Assembly (NCBI GenBank): GCA_000002445.1
Contig: CM000208.1
Coordinates: 608,001 to 672,000, forward strand
DNA length: 64,000 bases
Source of the DNA: Trypanosoma brucei
Lineage: Eukaryota
Reading direction: 5' to 3'
The position numbers and the translations under genes were made by a program. The notes beneath the pieces were generated by a model, which ran no database searches, was not told the DNA's origin, and saw only the letters and a program-made list of their open reading frames with translations. The stretch's first letter is position 1. The number at the start of each line of letters is the position of its first letter. Below, one piece after another: positions 1-10,381 of the stretch.

Positions 1-487
1 GTATGGAGGCACGGGGCATGAACATGTGAGGAACGGAAAGGAAACAGCAGGTAAAGTAAAAGGCTTTCAGGATGCTGATATGTGTTTATACCAGATTAAC
101 ACTGTAGCGTAAATGCCGTATTTCTCAGCCTGGGCCTTTTGTTACCACGAGTCCGTTGTTTCGTGTCGTTCCCTCCCCATTTACTGGCGTTATTCTTCCT
201 GCACACCTCCCGCTCATATTCTTGCAACCGGCAGTGACAATCGTCGTGTCCCCACTTCTGCCAGTGTTAGGTGTCTCAGAGAGTGTCACACACACTTTCT
301 CCTGCGACTACTCACAAACGCTGGTTTCTTTCGTCGTTTTTTATATTTTTTGTGTCCCATCCGTCAGCGCTTGATCACCCTTGCGGGGCGCTTGTTAAAT
401 ACTCCCGTTGCTGATCTACTTAGATCATCTGTAAATATTGACTTTCTTTGTTTCCTCCTTTTCTCTACAACACACATCATCACCTTG

Positions 488-3286
488 ATGCGTGCGTATA
501 CGTTTCCCGTTTATTGTAATGCAGAAAAGATCACAATGACTACAGAGGTCAGTAATGACGGTATGGACATAGTGAACCACATGGATATCAAAGTTCATGG
601 TATCCAGAATGTACCACCCAGTTGGTGGTCGGATGGTAAACACCCGACATACCCGGAGCATCCGTTCCGATATGAAGTGAGCTTCACTATTGATGGAAAT
701 CAAACTTTCACCCTCGCTAACGGGCGGTTGCTGCAGTACCTCCCACAATACCGAGATTACATCGAAAATGCCGCATTGCCTCCACTGTCTTCAACGGCAA
801 AGGACGTGCTGCGGCAAATGCATGAGGTTCCGGAGGCACCCACTAAAGGTAAGTCAATTTCCACGACGAAAACAACCGGGAACTCACAGGCAGTGGAGGA
901 TGATGCGCAACCGGAGGCGCGGATTATTTGGATTACGCCACCAACCTCTGAGCGTGCGCCCACACCAAGTGAGGAACTGTTGGGAAAGCGACGGAAGAAA
1001 ACTGCGGGGAATAGTGTGGGAGAGGACTTAACCCCAGTTGCCGTCCCCGAAGACGACGACACACCACCTTGTATGATTCGTATGCCACTAGATGAGCGTC
1101 ATATCATGGCGTTAGAGGGCATGATGTTGTCAGGGAGGCCGCTAGAATTGAAATTTACCCGTGTACTAAGACCTGGGTTGCCAACTGAGTGGGAAGATAA
1201 ACAAGAATGGTATTTCCGTGCTATCATACCTGTCGATTTGGCACCGCTTTCCGATCCTGGATCACGTGAATTGTCGGCAGATATTCAACTCCAACCCGTA
1301 AAGGCAGCCGTTCGCACGGAGGAGGTTAAAAAAACGTCCAAACGGTCAAAGAATATGGCGCAGGGACTTCGCCACGAAGAAATCGACACAGAAGGGGAAC
1401 ACCCGTACGTAACCTGCAAAACATCTGCAGTTGTTTCAATAGAACTTGAGAAAACGCTTGTACAGTTGCCAAAAGATCGTATCCGTCCCGCTGTGCTCCC
1501 GACCAACCTTATTCCAAAGCGTCCGCCACCAAGGAAGGAATTCCGAGACAGCACACGGCAGTTCTCAGATATGGTAGCTTCCATTGCAGAGAGAATGATG
1601 CACGACTGCGCTGCACTTCAGGATGCAGACAGCGAGCGCAAAGAGGAGGAAATTTTGGAAGTATTTGAGAACTCTGGGAGACTTGAGTCGTATAAGGAGC
1701 AGCTACTTCCCCTAGTGGTGAACGTAGTTCGCGAAAAATTCCTCTCTGACAAGGACGCATCACCCGATGTAATTAGTCGACTTACAAATGAGTTATACGT
1801 CCACCTTCTCAACAGCATACACTGCACACTACACAACATGGTGGAGGGAATGAGCACCCCAGAACAGGAAAATGCCAATCGGGTTGCCACAGCGAAACCG
1901 TCGACCGCATCGCCACAGGGACCTGATGATGGCATTGACTACGTGTGGTTAGAGCGGGCTGAAGAGGCGGAAACAATACGGGACTACGCACGCGCAACAC
2001 GCTGCCACCAGGCACGCATCGCCAGCTGTGCCTGCGCGGAAAGCTTTCCGGACGTGTGGTATGATGCGGCATCTTACTTTGTGCGGATTGGGGAAACAAC
2101 GCGGGCAGAGCAGTGTTTTCGAGAAGCCATTTCTCATGATCCGACGCATGCGCCCTCGCTTATGGCATATGGTGCTCTCCTTCTTACTTTTGACCGCTTT
2201 GATGAGGCAACCGTGTATTTGCAAGCTGCGGTGGATGCAAAGCCGAGCAGTCTTTCATGGGGACTTATCTCCCTCCTTTGTGATATGCATGTTTTGAATC
2301 TAGAACGGGGGCCCCGGTATGAGTCACAGCGGGCTCACTGGGAACATGAAGGGACTATTGCTATGAGGGAAGCATTAAGTTTCAGCACCGATGTGGATCA
2401 CACCTCTGTCAGCAAAGAGGTTGCAGATTACTTACTGAAGCTTCAGCACCCTGGCCTCGCTAATATTTCTCTAACCAGATGCTCTCGTGGTGGACATACG
2501 GAGGTCCTATACGCACGTTTGTTTGCATTGGGCGAGCAGTATAATGAGGCGTTGGAAACACTGAAAAATGGGGAAGGGTTAGAACCATACATCGAGGAGG
2601 TTACCATACTTCGTGGTGACTGCTACGCGGCGCTCGGCCGAAGTGACGAAGCAATCAGGGAATACAAGAGCGTATTGTGCGCTAAGGACAAGGAGCCGCG
2701 GCGCCGCTTTGGCCCGAGTTATATTCATCTTGGGAATCTGTTGATTACCGCAGGGTGTTACAATGATGCGTTGGGTGCTTTTACCATTGGAATTCAGGCA
2801 TGGCCATGCAGTCTCACTTGGTTGGGTGCCGGCATTGCGTACTACCGATTGAATAAAATAGATGCGGCTGAGGAATGCTTGAGTGAATCAAACACCCTAA
2901 ACAACACCAACCCGCGGACATGGGCGTACCTCTCACTTGTGTGTCTTCGAAAGGAACGTGTGGAACTCAAAACTGTGTTACGACAGGCCATTATGCAAGG
3001 ACTCGCCGACCCCGGGTTATTAACCGAACTTGGCCGCGATCTTGTCCGTGCGTGTATGGGAGAACTCGGTGAAAGTTGTCTGCGGAAGGCACTCGCTGTT
3101 GAGCGGGAGTGCGGTCGGGAGGACAGCGCAGTTTGCTGCACGGCCATGTATTATTTAGCGGGTGCAGTAGAGGGTAATAACGCGGAGGAGGCATGGATGT
3201 TATACACGGCTGTGGCGAACAAAACTATGGATGAGGTGCTGCGGGCAAAAGCGGAGGAGCAACTTGCCGCCCTTGGAAAGTCGTGA
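488..3286 (+). CDS. TPR-repeat-containing conserved hypothetical protein; start uncertain (alternative ATG at 536); the 113-487 part of the ORF looks like translated 5' UTR
   Basis: Long ORF. The C-terminal half has TPR-like helical repeats (e.g. AEQCFREAISHDPTHAPSLMAYGALLLTFDRFDEATVYLQAAVDAKP; YNEALETLKNGEGLEPYIEEVTILRGDCYAALGRSDEAIREYKSVL). Pyrimidine-rich tracts at 300-360 and 440-486 with AG dinucleotides upstream of the 488/536 ATGs are typical trans-splice acceptor context. The first 125 aa of the track ORF are low-complexity and UTR-like. Confidence 0.55.
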   Translation: MRAYTFPVYCNAEKITMTTEVSNDGMDIVNHMDIKVHGIQNVPPSWWSDGKHPTYPEHPFRYEVSFTIDGNQTFTLANGRLLQYLPQYRDYIENAALPPLSSTAKDVLRQMHEVPEAPTKGKSISTTKTTGNSQAVEDDAQPEARIIWITPPTSERAPTPSEELLGKRRKKTAGNSVGEDLTPVAVPEDDDTPPCMIRMPLDERHIMALEGMMLSGRPLELKFTRVLRPGLPTEWEDKQEWYFRAIIPVDLAPLSDPGSRELSADIQLQPVKAAVRTEEVKKTSKRSKNMAQGLRHEEIDTEGEHPYVTCKTSAVVSIELEKTLVQLPKDRIRPAVLPTNLIPKRPPPRKEFRDSTRQFSDMVASIAERMMHDCAALQDADSERKEEEILEVFENSGRLESYKEQLLPLVVNVVREKFLSDKDASPDVISRLTNELYVHLLNSIHCTLHNMVEGMSTPEQENANRVATAKPSTASPQGPDDGIDYVWLERAEEAETIRDYARATRCHQARIASCACAESFPDVWYDAASYFVRIGETTRAEQCFREAISHDPTHAPSLMAYGALLLTFDRFDEATVYLQAAVDAKPSSLSWGLISLLCDMHVLNLERGPRYESQRAHWEHEGTIAMREALSFSTDVDHTSVSKEVADYLLKLQHPGLANISLTRCSRGGHTEVLYARLFALGEQYNEALETLKNGEGLEPYIEEVTILRGDCYAALGRSDEAIREYKSVLCAKDKEPRRRFGPSYIHLGNLLITAGCYNDALGAFTIGIQAWPCSLTWLGAGIAYYRLNKIDAAEECLSESNTLNNTNPRTWAYLSLVCLRKERVELKTVLRQAIMQGLADPGLLTELGRDLVRACMGELGESCLRKALAVERECGREDSAVCCTAMYYLAGAVEGNNAEEAWMLYTAVANKTMDEVLRAKAEEQLAALGKS

Positions 3287-4700
3287 GGGGTTAAGAAGTG
3301 CTGTTGCGCTCTGCTCAATTACATTTTCTCATATGAGCGGTATTAGTTAATAATCAAACTCACACTGTCCATCGGGTTACCAGCGCGACCCCAGGGGGTT
3401 TCCCCCTCTCTTCAGTTCGCACTTCTCTCTCAAAGTATATTTCCCTTTACTGAATTAGCGCATGTAAAGAAGAAGAAAAAAAGGTTGGAAAAACAAAAAA
3501 AAAGAAAAAAAAGAAAAGAAAAAAAAACAGTCGGAAAAGGGAGAGAGAATGTGTGTGCATGCATGAGTTATAGAGCAGAGAAGATGGGTGGTGATGTCTT
3601 TGTTATGTGCAGTAATATGGCAGGGTCAATTTGATGTTGAATGAGGCATGACTACCTGAGGTTAACTCGAAAGGGCGCGTTTCTCGCGGTCATATGTTTA
3701 TTTCATTTGCCCTGTCCCGGCACTTGTGTGGATAAAATGTGATTGCCTCATATTAGTATACATCCTCCTACCTTATGTCCAAAAAATAAAACTGCTGTCT
3801 CCTGCAAAAATAATAATAATTATTATTATTACGCACCTATTTTTTTTTCTCTCCTCGCTTGTCTTTTGTTATTGTTTTTTTTTTTAAAGACGTATTCAAG
3901 TCCCAACATGAAAAAATTCCCCAATAGACACAAATGCTTTGTGTGCAATTCATTTGAACCATGAATGCGTGCACTTGTACACAAAACGTTAACTCCATAA
4001 TGTTAAAAAGAAAGGGCGAGTATGGGAGGGAGGAAGGCAAGAGGAGGAGAAAAGTATAAATGTGGAAACACATCGCGAAACTTTTTTTTTTCCTTTTTGT
4101 CTTCCTCCTGTACTGCAACGTTCCGTCGACGCAAAAAGTATTGCAAAAGATGTCAGTTTTTATTCTCTTGTGGTTTTACCGCTTCTATTTGTGTACCGAT
4201 GCGCCTTTAGGTTTGCTGTCAAACCGTCTATAATAATAATTATTATTATTCTCATCGTTTAAACGTTATCAATATGATTTATTGATTTACGGTTTCTAAA
4301 GGGCATGCGGGCTTTTGAAAACAGCGGTGTGCCGCTCCTGTTTTTGTCCCCCAAAACCCAATGAATTATTTCCATGCATTTACCATCGTTTAATTATGGG
4401 GTGCACATCCACGCTGTAGAAATTGGTGGTATATCATTCATACAATTTAGTTTATGTTCTTATTTAAATGACTATCCTGTGTGTGTGTGTGTGTGACGAT
4501 AATAATAAAAATGATGTTGTTGTTGTGGCTGCTTTTGCATATCTACTTTCTTATTTTATATTATATTATAATTATTATCATTATTGATTTCTTCAACCCC
4601 CACTTCTTGTACTTCATGGAATATATAGACCCCCGGCAACTGCATAGCAGTGCCTTTAAATATATAAAGAAATAAAAGAGGGACGGAACCATATTACCAA

Positions 4701-4760
4701 TATATATATATATCCACATCCACATATATACATAAAACATATATATATATATATATCTGT
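4701..4760. repeat. (TA)n / (CA)n mixed dinucleotide repeat tract
   Basis: atatatatatatccacatccacatatatacat...atatatatatatatat, immediately upstream of the CK1 gene. Confidence 0.8.
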
Positions 4761-4826
4761 TTCTTTCATAGTGTTAAGTGCAACTGCGGCGAGAAGACGA
4801 AAAAGCGTAGGGTTGAAGGAAGGGGA

Positions 4827-5966
4827 ATGACTGATGTCTCGCTTCGACCCTTAACAACTCATAAATCGCATCGTCACTCGCACAATACGGGAGTGCTGGA
4901 GTGTCAAACTATTTTGCAAGGGAGATTCAGATTGAATGGTCTGCTGGGAAAAGGAGGATTTGGAGAGGTATACGCCGGTGTGACGGTTTCCACGGGTGAA
5001 GAAGTGGCAGTGAAGATTGCACCAAATAGAAAACGTCATGTTTTGGCTCATGAAGCGGATGTCATGCGTTCCATACAAAGTGCTGTTGGTAATGCAGATC
5101 CGCCAGGTATACCCACACTGAAATTCTTTGGTCATGATGGTGATAACACTATTCTCGTCATGAGTGTTCACGGGCCGTCATTGGAGAAGCTCCGCTCTGA
5201 GATGGGAAGGCTTTCCCTCAAAACAGTAGTTATGCTTGGTATGGAAATGATTGACAGAATACAGTTCTTTCACTCCACTGGATTTATACACCGCGATATT
5301 AAACCAGGAAACTTCCTCATGGGCGTTGGAAAGCACGCGCATGAAGTGTATTTGATTGATTTTGGTCTCAGTACCCGTCACAGTCATTCCGGTGCTTGGC
5401 ATCGTGGAAGACCGACTGCAAGCAAGTTTGTTGGCACATCATGGTTTGCATCCCTTCGCACTCATCAGGGTTACGCACAGAGCCGCCGAGATGATTTGGA
5501 GCAGTTGGTTTATTCACTAATTTATCTCCACCGCGGAAAATTGCCTTGGACGGAGTTACGGCACACTGACCGAACTGAAAGGACACGGGCTATTGCAGCG
5601 GCGAAAGAAAATCTCTCTACCGCACAAATATGTGTGTGTTGCCCCCCTCAGTTTGAAGTGCTTCTCACATATGTACAGAAGCTTAAGTTTGATGAAATAC
5701 CGCGATATGAAATGTGTAGGAATATCATTTGGTCTATTCTCCATCCATCATCTGCAGGTCCGAAACCGAGTTTAACGTATGAATGGCTCACACCAGAGCG
5801 GGAATGCGAGACACCAAAGTGCGTGTTTCCGGCTCTGAGGGGATCAGAAACGAAACATGGAACTAAAAACGATGAAGTGGCAAGAAACGATAGTGAAGCA
5901 AAGAAAAGTTTGAGGAGACGAATGCCCACAGCGAGTTCTACATCTCATACCGCCGGAAAGGGATGA
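4827..5966 (+). CDS. casein kinase 1-like Ser/Thr protein kinase (divergent CK1 family)
   Basis: Glycine loop GKGGFGEVYAG, VAVK lysine, catalytic loop IHRDIKPGNFLMG, DFGLS, and a CK1-type C-lobe (QSRRDDLEQLVYSLIYLHRGKLPW). The overall layout is collinear with CK1, but VAVKIAP replaces the canonical VAIKLE. Confidence 0.75.
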   Translation: MTDVSLRPLTTHKSHRHSHNTGVLECQTILQGRFRLNGLLGKGGFGEVYAGVTVSTGEEVAVKIAPNRKRHVLAHEADVMRSIQSAVGNADPPGIPTLKFFGHDGDNTILVMSVHGPSLEKLRSEMGRLSLKTVVMLGMEMIDRIQFFHSTGFIHRDIKPGNFLMGVGKHAHEVYLIDFGLSTRHSHSGAWHRGRPTASKFVGTSWFASLRTHQGYAQSRRDDLEQLVYSLIYLHRGKLPWTELRHTDRTERTRAIAAAKENLSTAQICVCCPPQFEVLLTYVQKLKFDEIPRYEMCRNIIWSILHPSSAGPKPSLTYEWLTPERECETPKCVFPALRGSETKHGTKNDEVARNDSEAKKSLRRRMPTASSTSHTAGKG

Positions 5967-8549
5967 TGTTGGCTAATCATAATCATCATAATAATAATGA
6001 TGAGGAAGTATTGGGGCGCCACAAGTATTTTTTTTCCCCCCTTCTTTTTCCCCTTTCCCCTTTCCCCTTTCTTTCTTCTTCTTATTCGTCTTCTTCTTCT
6101 TGTAAAATGCGGCATGTAAGGGCAACCTCTCCACCACACATAGGCTGGAAGTTGTGTGAGACCGTGCGGCCTCCTTTTCCACCGTCTGTCTTTTGTTGCT
6201 TCTGTTTTGTTTTTTTTTGATGATGATGATGATGGTGTTGTTGTTGTTGTTGCCTCTCTTTCTTTTTTTTTTCTTCCCCTCCTCTTACCGCCTTTCCAAC
6301 ACTCATTTCACTTTCAATTTTTTTTTTCCTGTCTCTCCCTCTGTTTCTTTTCCCCACGAACGACAATTTTTTATTACCTGTTTTGTTAATCAGTTTGTGT
6401 AATGTGTGTACTCGTGTGATGGGGAAAGATGTGGTGATGCAAGACACGCAATGTATGCTACGGTTCTTTTTTTTTTATTATTTTCCAGATCATTGTTCTC
6501 AAACAACCAAATAAAAACAATTATATATATGTATAATATATATATAAAGAAAAAAAGAAAGTAAATAAGTTACACGGAGAAAGAAAAAAAAAGGAGGAAG
6601 GGAGGAGTACTCAGTTTACTTCCCGATTTTGCTCTCGAGTTTTATTTCCTTGTCTTTGCATTTTGTATACTTTTTTTTTACTTACTGTTGACACTCCCTT
6701 GTGGAGTGTTGATTTGTAAGGGAAAAAGACAAGGGGAGGAGGAGAAGAGGGAAAAATTAATTTTTTTTAAAAAAAAGAAAAAAAAAGCACCCTCATGTGT
6801 GTTGTCCTTTTTTTTTCTTTAATTCCCATGCTACTATTCCATACCCTCGTTATTATTATTATTATTATTAACAAAAGCGTAAAAGGTACCCAAGCGTAAG
6901 CGCAGTGCAACCATTTCTTTTTTTTCTTTTTTGTTCTAAATGTTTATGTCTCGCTCAACCACCCCATGTCCAGTGCACCTCATGAAGGAAGGGGTATTTA
7001 ATGAAAGAGAAAAAAAAAAAGTAAAGTGAAAAAAAAAGGAGAAAAGATAAAAAAAAAAAAAAAGGGAGGGAGGGAGAAAACAGGGCAAGAGAGAAAATGT
7101 GGAGTAGTTTTGTTTTTTTTTTTAAAAAAAAACAAGGAACGAAGAAGTGAAGGGGAAAAAGGAGAGAGAGAGAAATGTGAATATTTATGCTCCCGGTCTC
7201 TCTTTTCTTTTTTTTCTTTTTTTTTCTCCCGTCCTTTTTCCCTCCCTCCCTTTCTTGCCGCTTGTGGGGATTTTATGAGTTTATTTTGATTATTTTCTCC
7301 ATCCGCGTTTTCCTCATATGTTCTTAGGTGCTATGGGTTCTGATGTCATTCCTTCTTATTTTCCATACCACTTTCTCTTCTTATCATGTTGTTAATCTCA
7401 TGAGATATTTATATATTTATATATTTATGCCGATGAAGAACCGTTCGCCTTTTGTTGTTGTTGTTGTCGTTGGTGTCGTTTCAGATGTAACACCCTTCCC
7501 TATTGTCTTGCTTCCTCCGCTGTGAGGTCGCGTTTTTGTACACTTGTGGTTGTCTGTTTGTTTTTTGTTTTTTCTTTTTGTCGTTGTTGGGATTTTTTTT
7601 TTCTGTTACCACGGTTCCCATTAAAAAAATAAATATATATATATACTATACGATGTTACCACTTCGCTGATAATTTCTTCATATTCATTCGCGCATGTGG
7701 AAATCATATGGGTTATGTGTGAAGATCGGAACGACTTTTGTAACCGGTCCCTGCGTCTTATCTCAATTGTCTACTCTTGTCCCCTTTTTTAAAAATAAAC
7801 CTTCCAACCTCTACTTTCTGTATCACTGTTATAATTCTTGAATAAGCAAAGAAAATACAAACGACAAGCGAATGCGCAGTGAAATAGTTTTTCTTTTTAA
7901 ATCAAATAGAAAAGCAAGGGACTAAACTGTGTGGACCCGGCTGAGCACTGCGTAGGTGATTCTCTTTTATCGTACAACACAGGAGCAACCTTTTAAGAAG
8001 AAAGGACCGCCAGGTGCAGTTTGTAGAACTTCCATTCGCACAGGAGGGGAAAAAAGGAAGTGGATTATATTAGACTAAACCACGCGGGTCCCCCAGACAA
8101 AAGGGGAAAAGTAAGCCAAAATTCATCCGCTCGATATTTGAACGTCCCCCCCCCCCCAAATGATGGTGAACTTCCATCGATTTATGGTTGAAAAAGATAT
8201 TGCGTGAAGCAACACATCCCTCCACCACCAACACACAACTCCAGTAGGGAACGTTTGGTTGGATTGTGTAGGCATAAACGGCCTTTTGCCCGTACCGCCT
8301 TGAATTTTGTAATGCGGGTGTGCCTATGCTGAAGTGTTGTGCGGACCCATCTAAAAGGATGGCTGTCAAAAGAGTTGGATCCCCATCCATTTTCCATCGT
8401 TCGCACCCAGAGGCCAGTTGCACTATTTCCAATATGTGACAAAGGCGGTCTCTTCCCTATTTTTCCTGTTTCCTCTCCCCTTCTTCATTATTTGGTATTG
8501 ATGACGAGCGTGCCGTCGGTCCCACTCAAGACTGTAACCGTAAAAAACG

Positions 8550-8622
8550 AAATCAGTGTTAGTTCAAACCATACTTTCAGGTGAAATGGGTTTCTCCGCA
8601 TCTCCGTTTCATTGGATGGTGA
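8550..8622 (+). repeat. left arm of a ~73-bp inverted repeat (partner at 10308-10381)
   Basis: aaatcagtgttagttcaaaccatactttcaggtgaaatgggtttctccgcatctccgtttcattggatggtg matches the reverse complement of 10308-10381 with about 4 mismatches. Confidence 0.8.
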
Positions 8623-9068
8623 CTAGTCTACACCCTGGCGATGCCGGCCACCTCAACGTGGTGCCCAGGGTCCAGTGCCCCGTATCATCGGGGGAAGCCA
8701 AGAGCCAGCAGAGTTCCTTTCATGGGGAACACTTCTGTGCTCCGGCTACGGCATCATACAGCACAGGGATCAACAGCGTCTTGCTGGGACACCGTTTTTC
8801 ATTTGTCGGTCCTTGGGCACGTGCCAGCGTTGCCATCAGCAGTATCATCCGCACTAAGATGCTGCTGTCCGGTGATGTGGAAGAGAATCCCGGCCCGTCG
8901 TTGCGCCGGATGCAGTGAAACTGCGCCGGGCTATCTCAAGGAAAGAGATTAGCACTCCACAAAACCCTTGTTGATAAGCGGATCGCCTTTTGTCTGTTGA
9001 GCGAGACAAGGATGACGCCTGGAGAGGCGGCTTGCTTTAGCGTTGCTGGTTACCTGGCTAGTCTACAC
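8623..9068 (+). mobile_element. truncated ingi/RIME-type (DIRE-like) non-LTR retroposon 5' fragment. It carries the Pr77 hallmark and the N-terminal ORF with a 2A self-cleaving peptide, and is flanked by 11-bp direct repeats (target-site duplication, TSD) ctagtctacac at 8623-8633 and 9058-9068. It has no poly(A) tail.
   Basis: The body begins 'ccctggcgatgccggccacctcaacgtggtgcccagggtccagtgccccgtatcatcgggggaagccaagagccagcag', which I recall as the Pr77 signature of ingi/RIME/L1Tc. ORF 8556-8918 ends ...SSIIRTKMLLSGDVEENPGP (2A at ~8836-8895) followed by a stop. The identical 11-mer on both sides is consistent with an ingi-type TSD. Confidence 0.7.
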
Positions 9069-9999
9069 TTTGCGTCCAAATGGGTAGCGAGGAGAAACGA
9101 ATAATACGGCGACGAAGCGAGGCCCAGGGAAGGACCACTTCAATGCGGAAACGGATTCGGGAATCCCCTCGGACCAAATGGTTTTGCGGTGGGGAGGCGC
9201 CCCGCGGAATTCCCAGACATCGGGGGGAGTGCGTTATGGTATTCTGTTTTCCTCTCCTTTAGGTCCGCGTCCCGACGGCGAGTCATAATACAGAGGTGTC
9301 CAAGCGTGTTTTTTTTTCCTTTTAAGGAACCACTTGGGGACCGAAAATGGAGGTCGGTGGGGGCAAGAAACAAAGAAGTTGGGGGAGCGAATGGAAATTG
9401 CCATGAAGAAAGGAGAGGTGGAGGCGGTTGCCCACCAGACTCCTTCCGCTACCGCTTGGGTGCAAAACACAAAGTGTTCCTCGCATGCCGAAACACCGCG
9501 GCCTCGGGAGCGCGGAGTCGACGTCGCGTAAGGAATTTGAGAAAACGCTCCGGAAAGTTCAGGCGAAGGGAAGCCGTTGCGCCTCTGGTTGCCCAAACGC
9601 TTCGGTTTCAGAGCTGGCCACGGGGCCCGGTTTGGGCTCTTCAACGAACAAATTGTGAATCCGCCGCTCTAACGAGTGGAATCTGACCGCGGGTGGAATG
9701 ATGGAAAAGGGCACCGAGGCTTATATTTGCAGAATCCGGTGGCTTTTTAGCCCAAAACACACCTCAGGACGATGGGCAGGGTAATCGCTTGACGCCCCAG
9801 CTGGATGACGGTGGATTCGCCACCACTGCAACGATGGGAAGCGGGAACAAGGATGGGAAAGGTGTCAAGTAAATAAGGGATGAAAAAGCAAGCACAAACC
9901 TCCCATCGTGTAGGCGGCGTTCACGCGATGGGTGTGGAGACCTCGAGGAGATTTACAAACAGAGGCAACCACGGAACTGAACCAACTGAATGAAGCCAT

Positions 10000-10036
10000 C
10001 CCCCCCCCCATTGTGTGTGTGTGTGGGGGGGGGGGG
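10000..10036 (+). repeat. C10-ATT-(GT)n-G12 perfect hairpin; potential i-motif/G-quadruplex former
   Basis: ccccccccccattgtgtgtgtgtgtgggggggggggg, seen directly in the sequence. Confidence 0.85.
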
Positions 10037-10307
10037 AAGGATGCAGAAAATAACGCGCGTGAAACAACCTTGCGGTGACGGAGAGTGCGCTAACATAAAA
10101 AAGAGGGGAAGGTGGTCTCAACAAGTTAAAAATAATGTAGGGAATACTGAGGCCATGTGCCTGTTTGTGGCACGCTGAAGGTGGCGAGGGAAATACATGG
10201 ACAGGTAAATTGGAGAGGGCAAATGCGGAAAAGTGAAGTGAGATGAAGTGAAGCCTCCGCCAGCATTCTTCGGTATGGCAGATACCAACAAATCAGCGGC
10301 TGCATTG

Positions 10308-10381
10308 GACGGGAAATGCCACCATCCAATGAAACGGAGATGCGGGGAAACCCATTTCCCCTAAAAGTATGGTTTGAACTA
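10308..10381 (-). repeat. right arm of the ~73-bp inverted repeat (partner at 8550-8622)
   Basis: The reverse complement reads aaatcactgttagttcaaaccatacttttaggggaaatgggtttccccgcatctccgtttcattggatggtg. Confidence 0.8.

Noticed and set aside
113..487. Track ORF extensions initiated at GTG/TTG or upstream ATG (113, 29275, 46472, 55994, 61026, 23113, 19832)
   Set aside because: The N-terminal extensions are low-complexity, overlap pyrimidine-tract/AG splice-acceptor regions, or hide a signal peptide or acylation motif that sits at the next ATG. The downstream ATGs were used instead.
6082..6447. ORFs in the convergent region encoding poly-Q/H/K/E peptides
   Set aside because: They are translations of homopolymer and low-complexity DNA on both strands.
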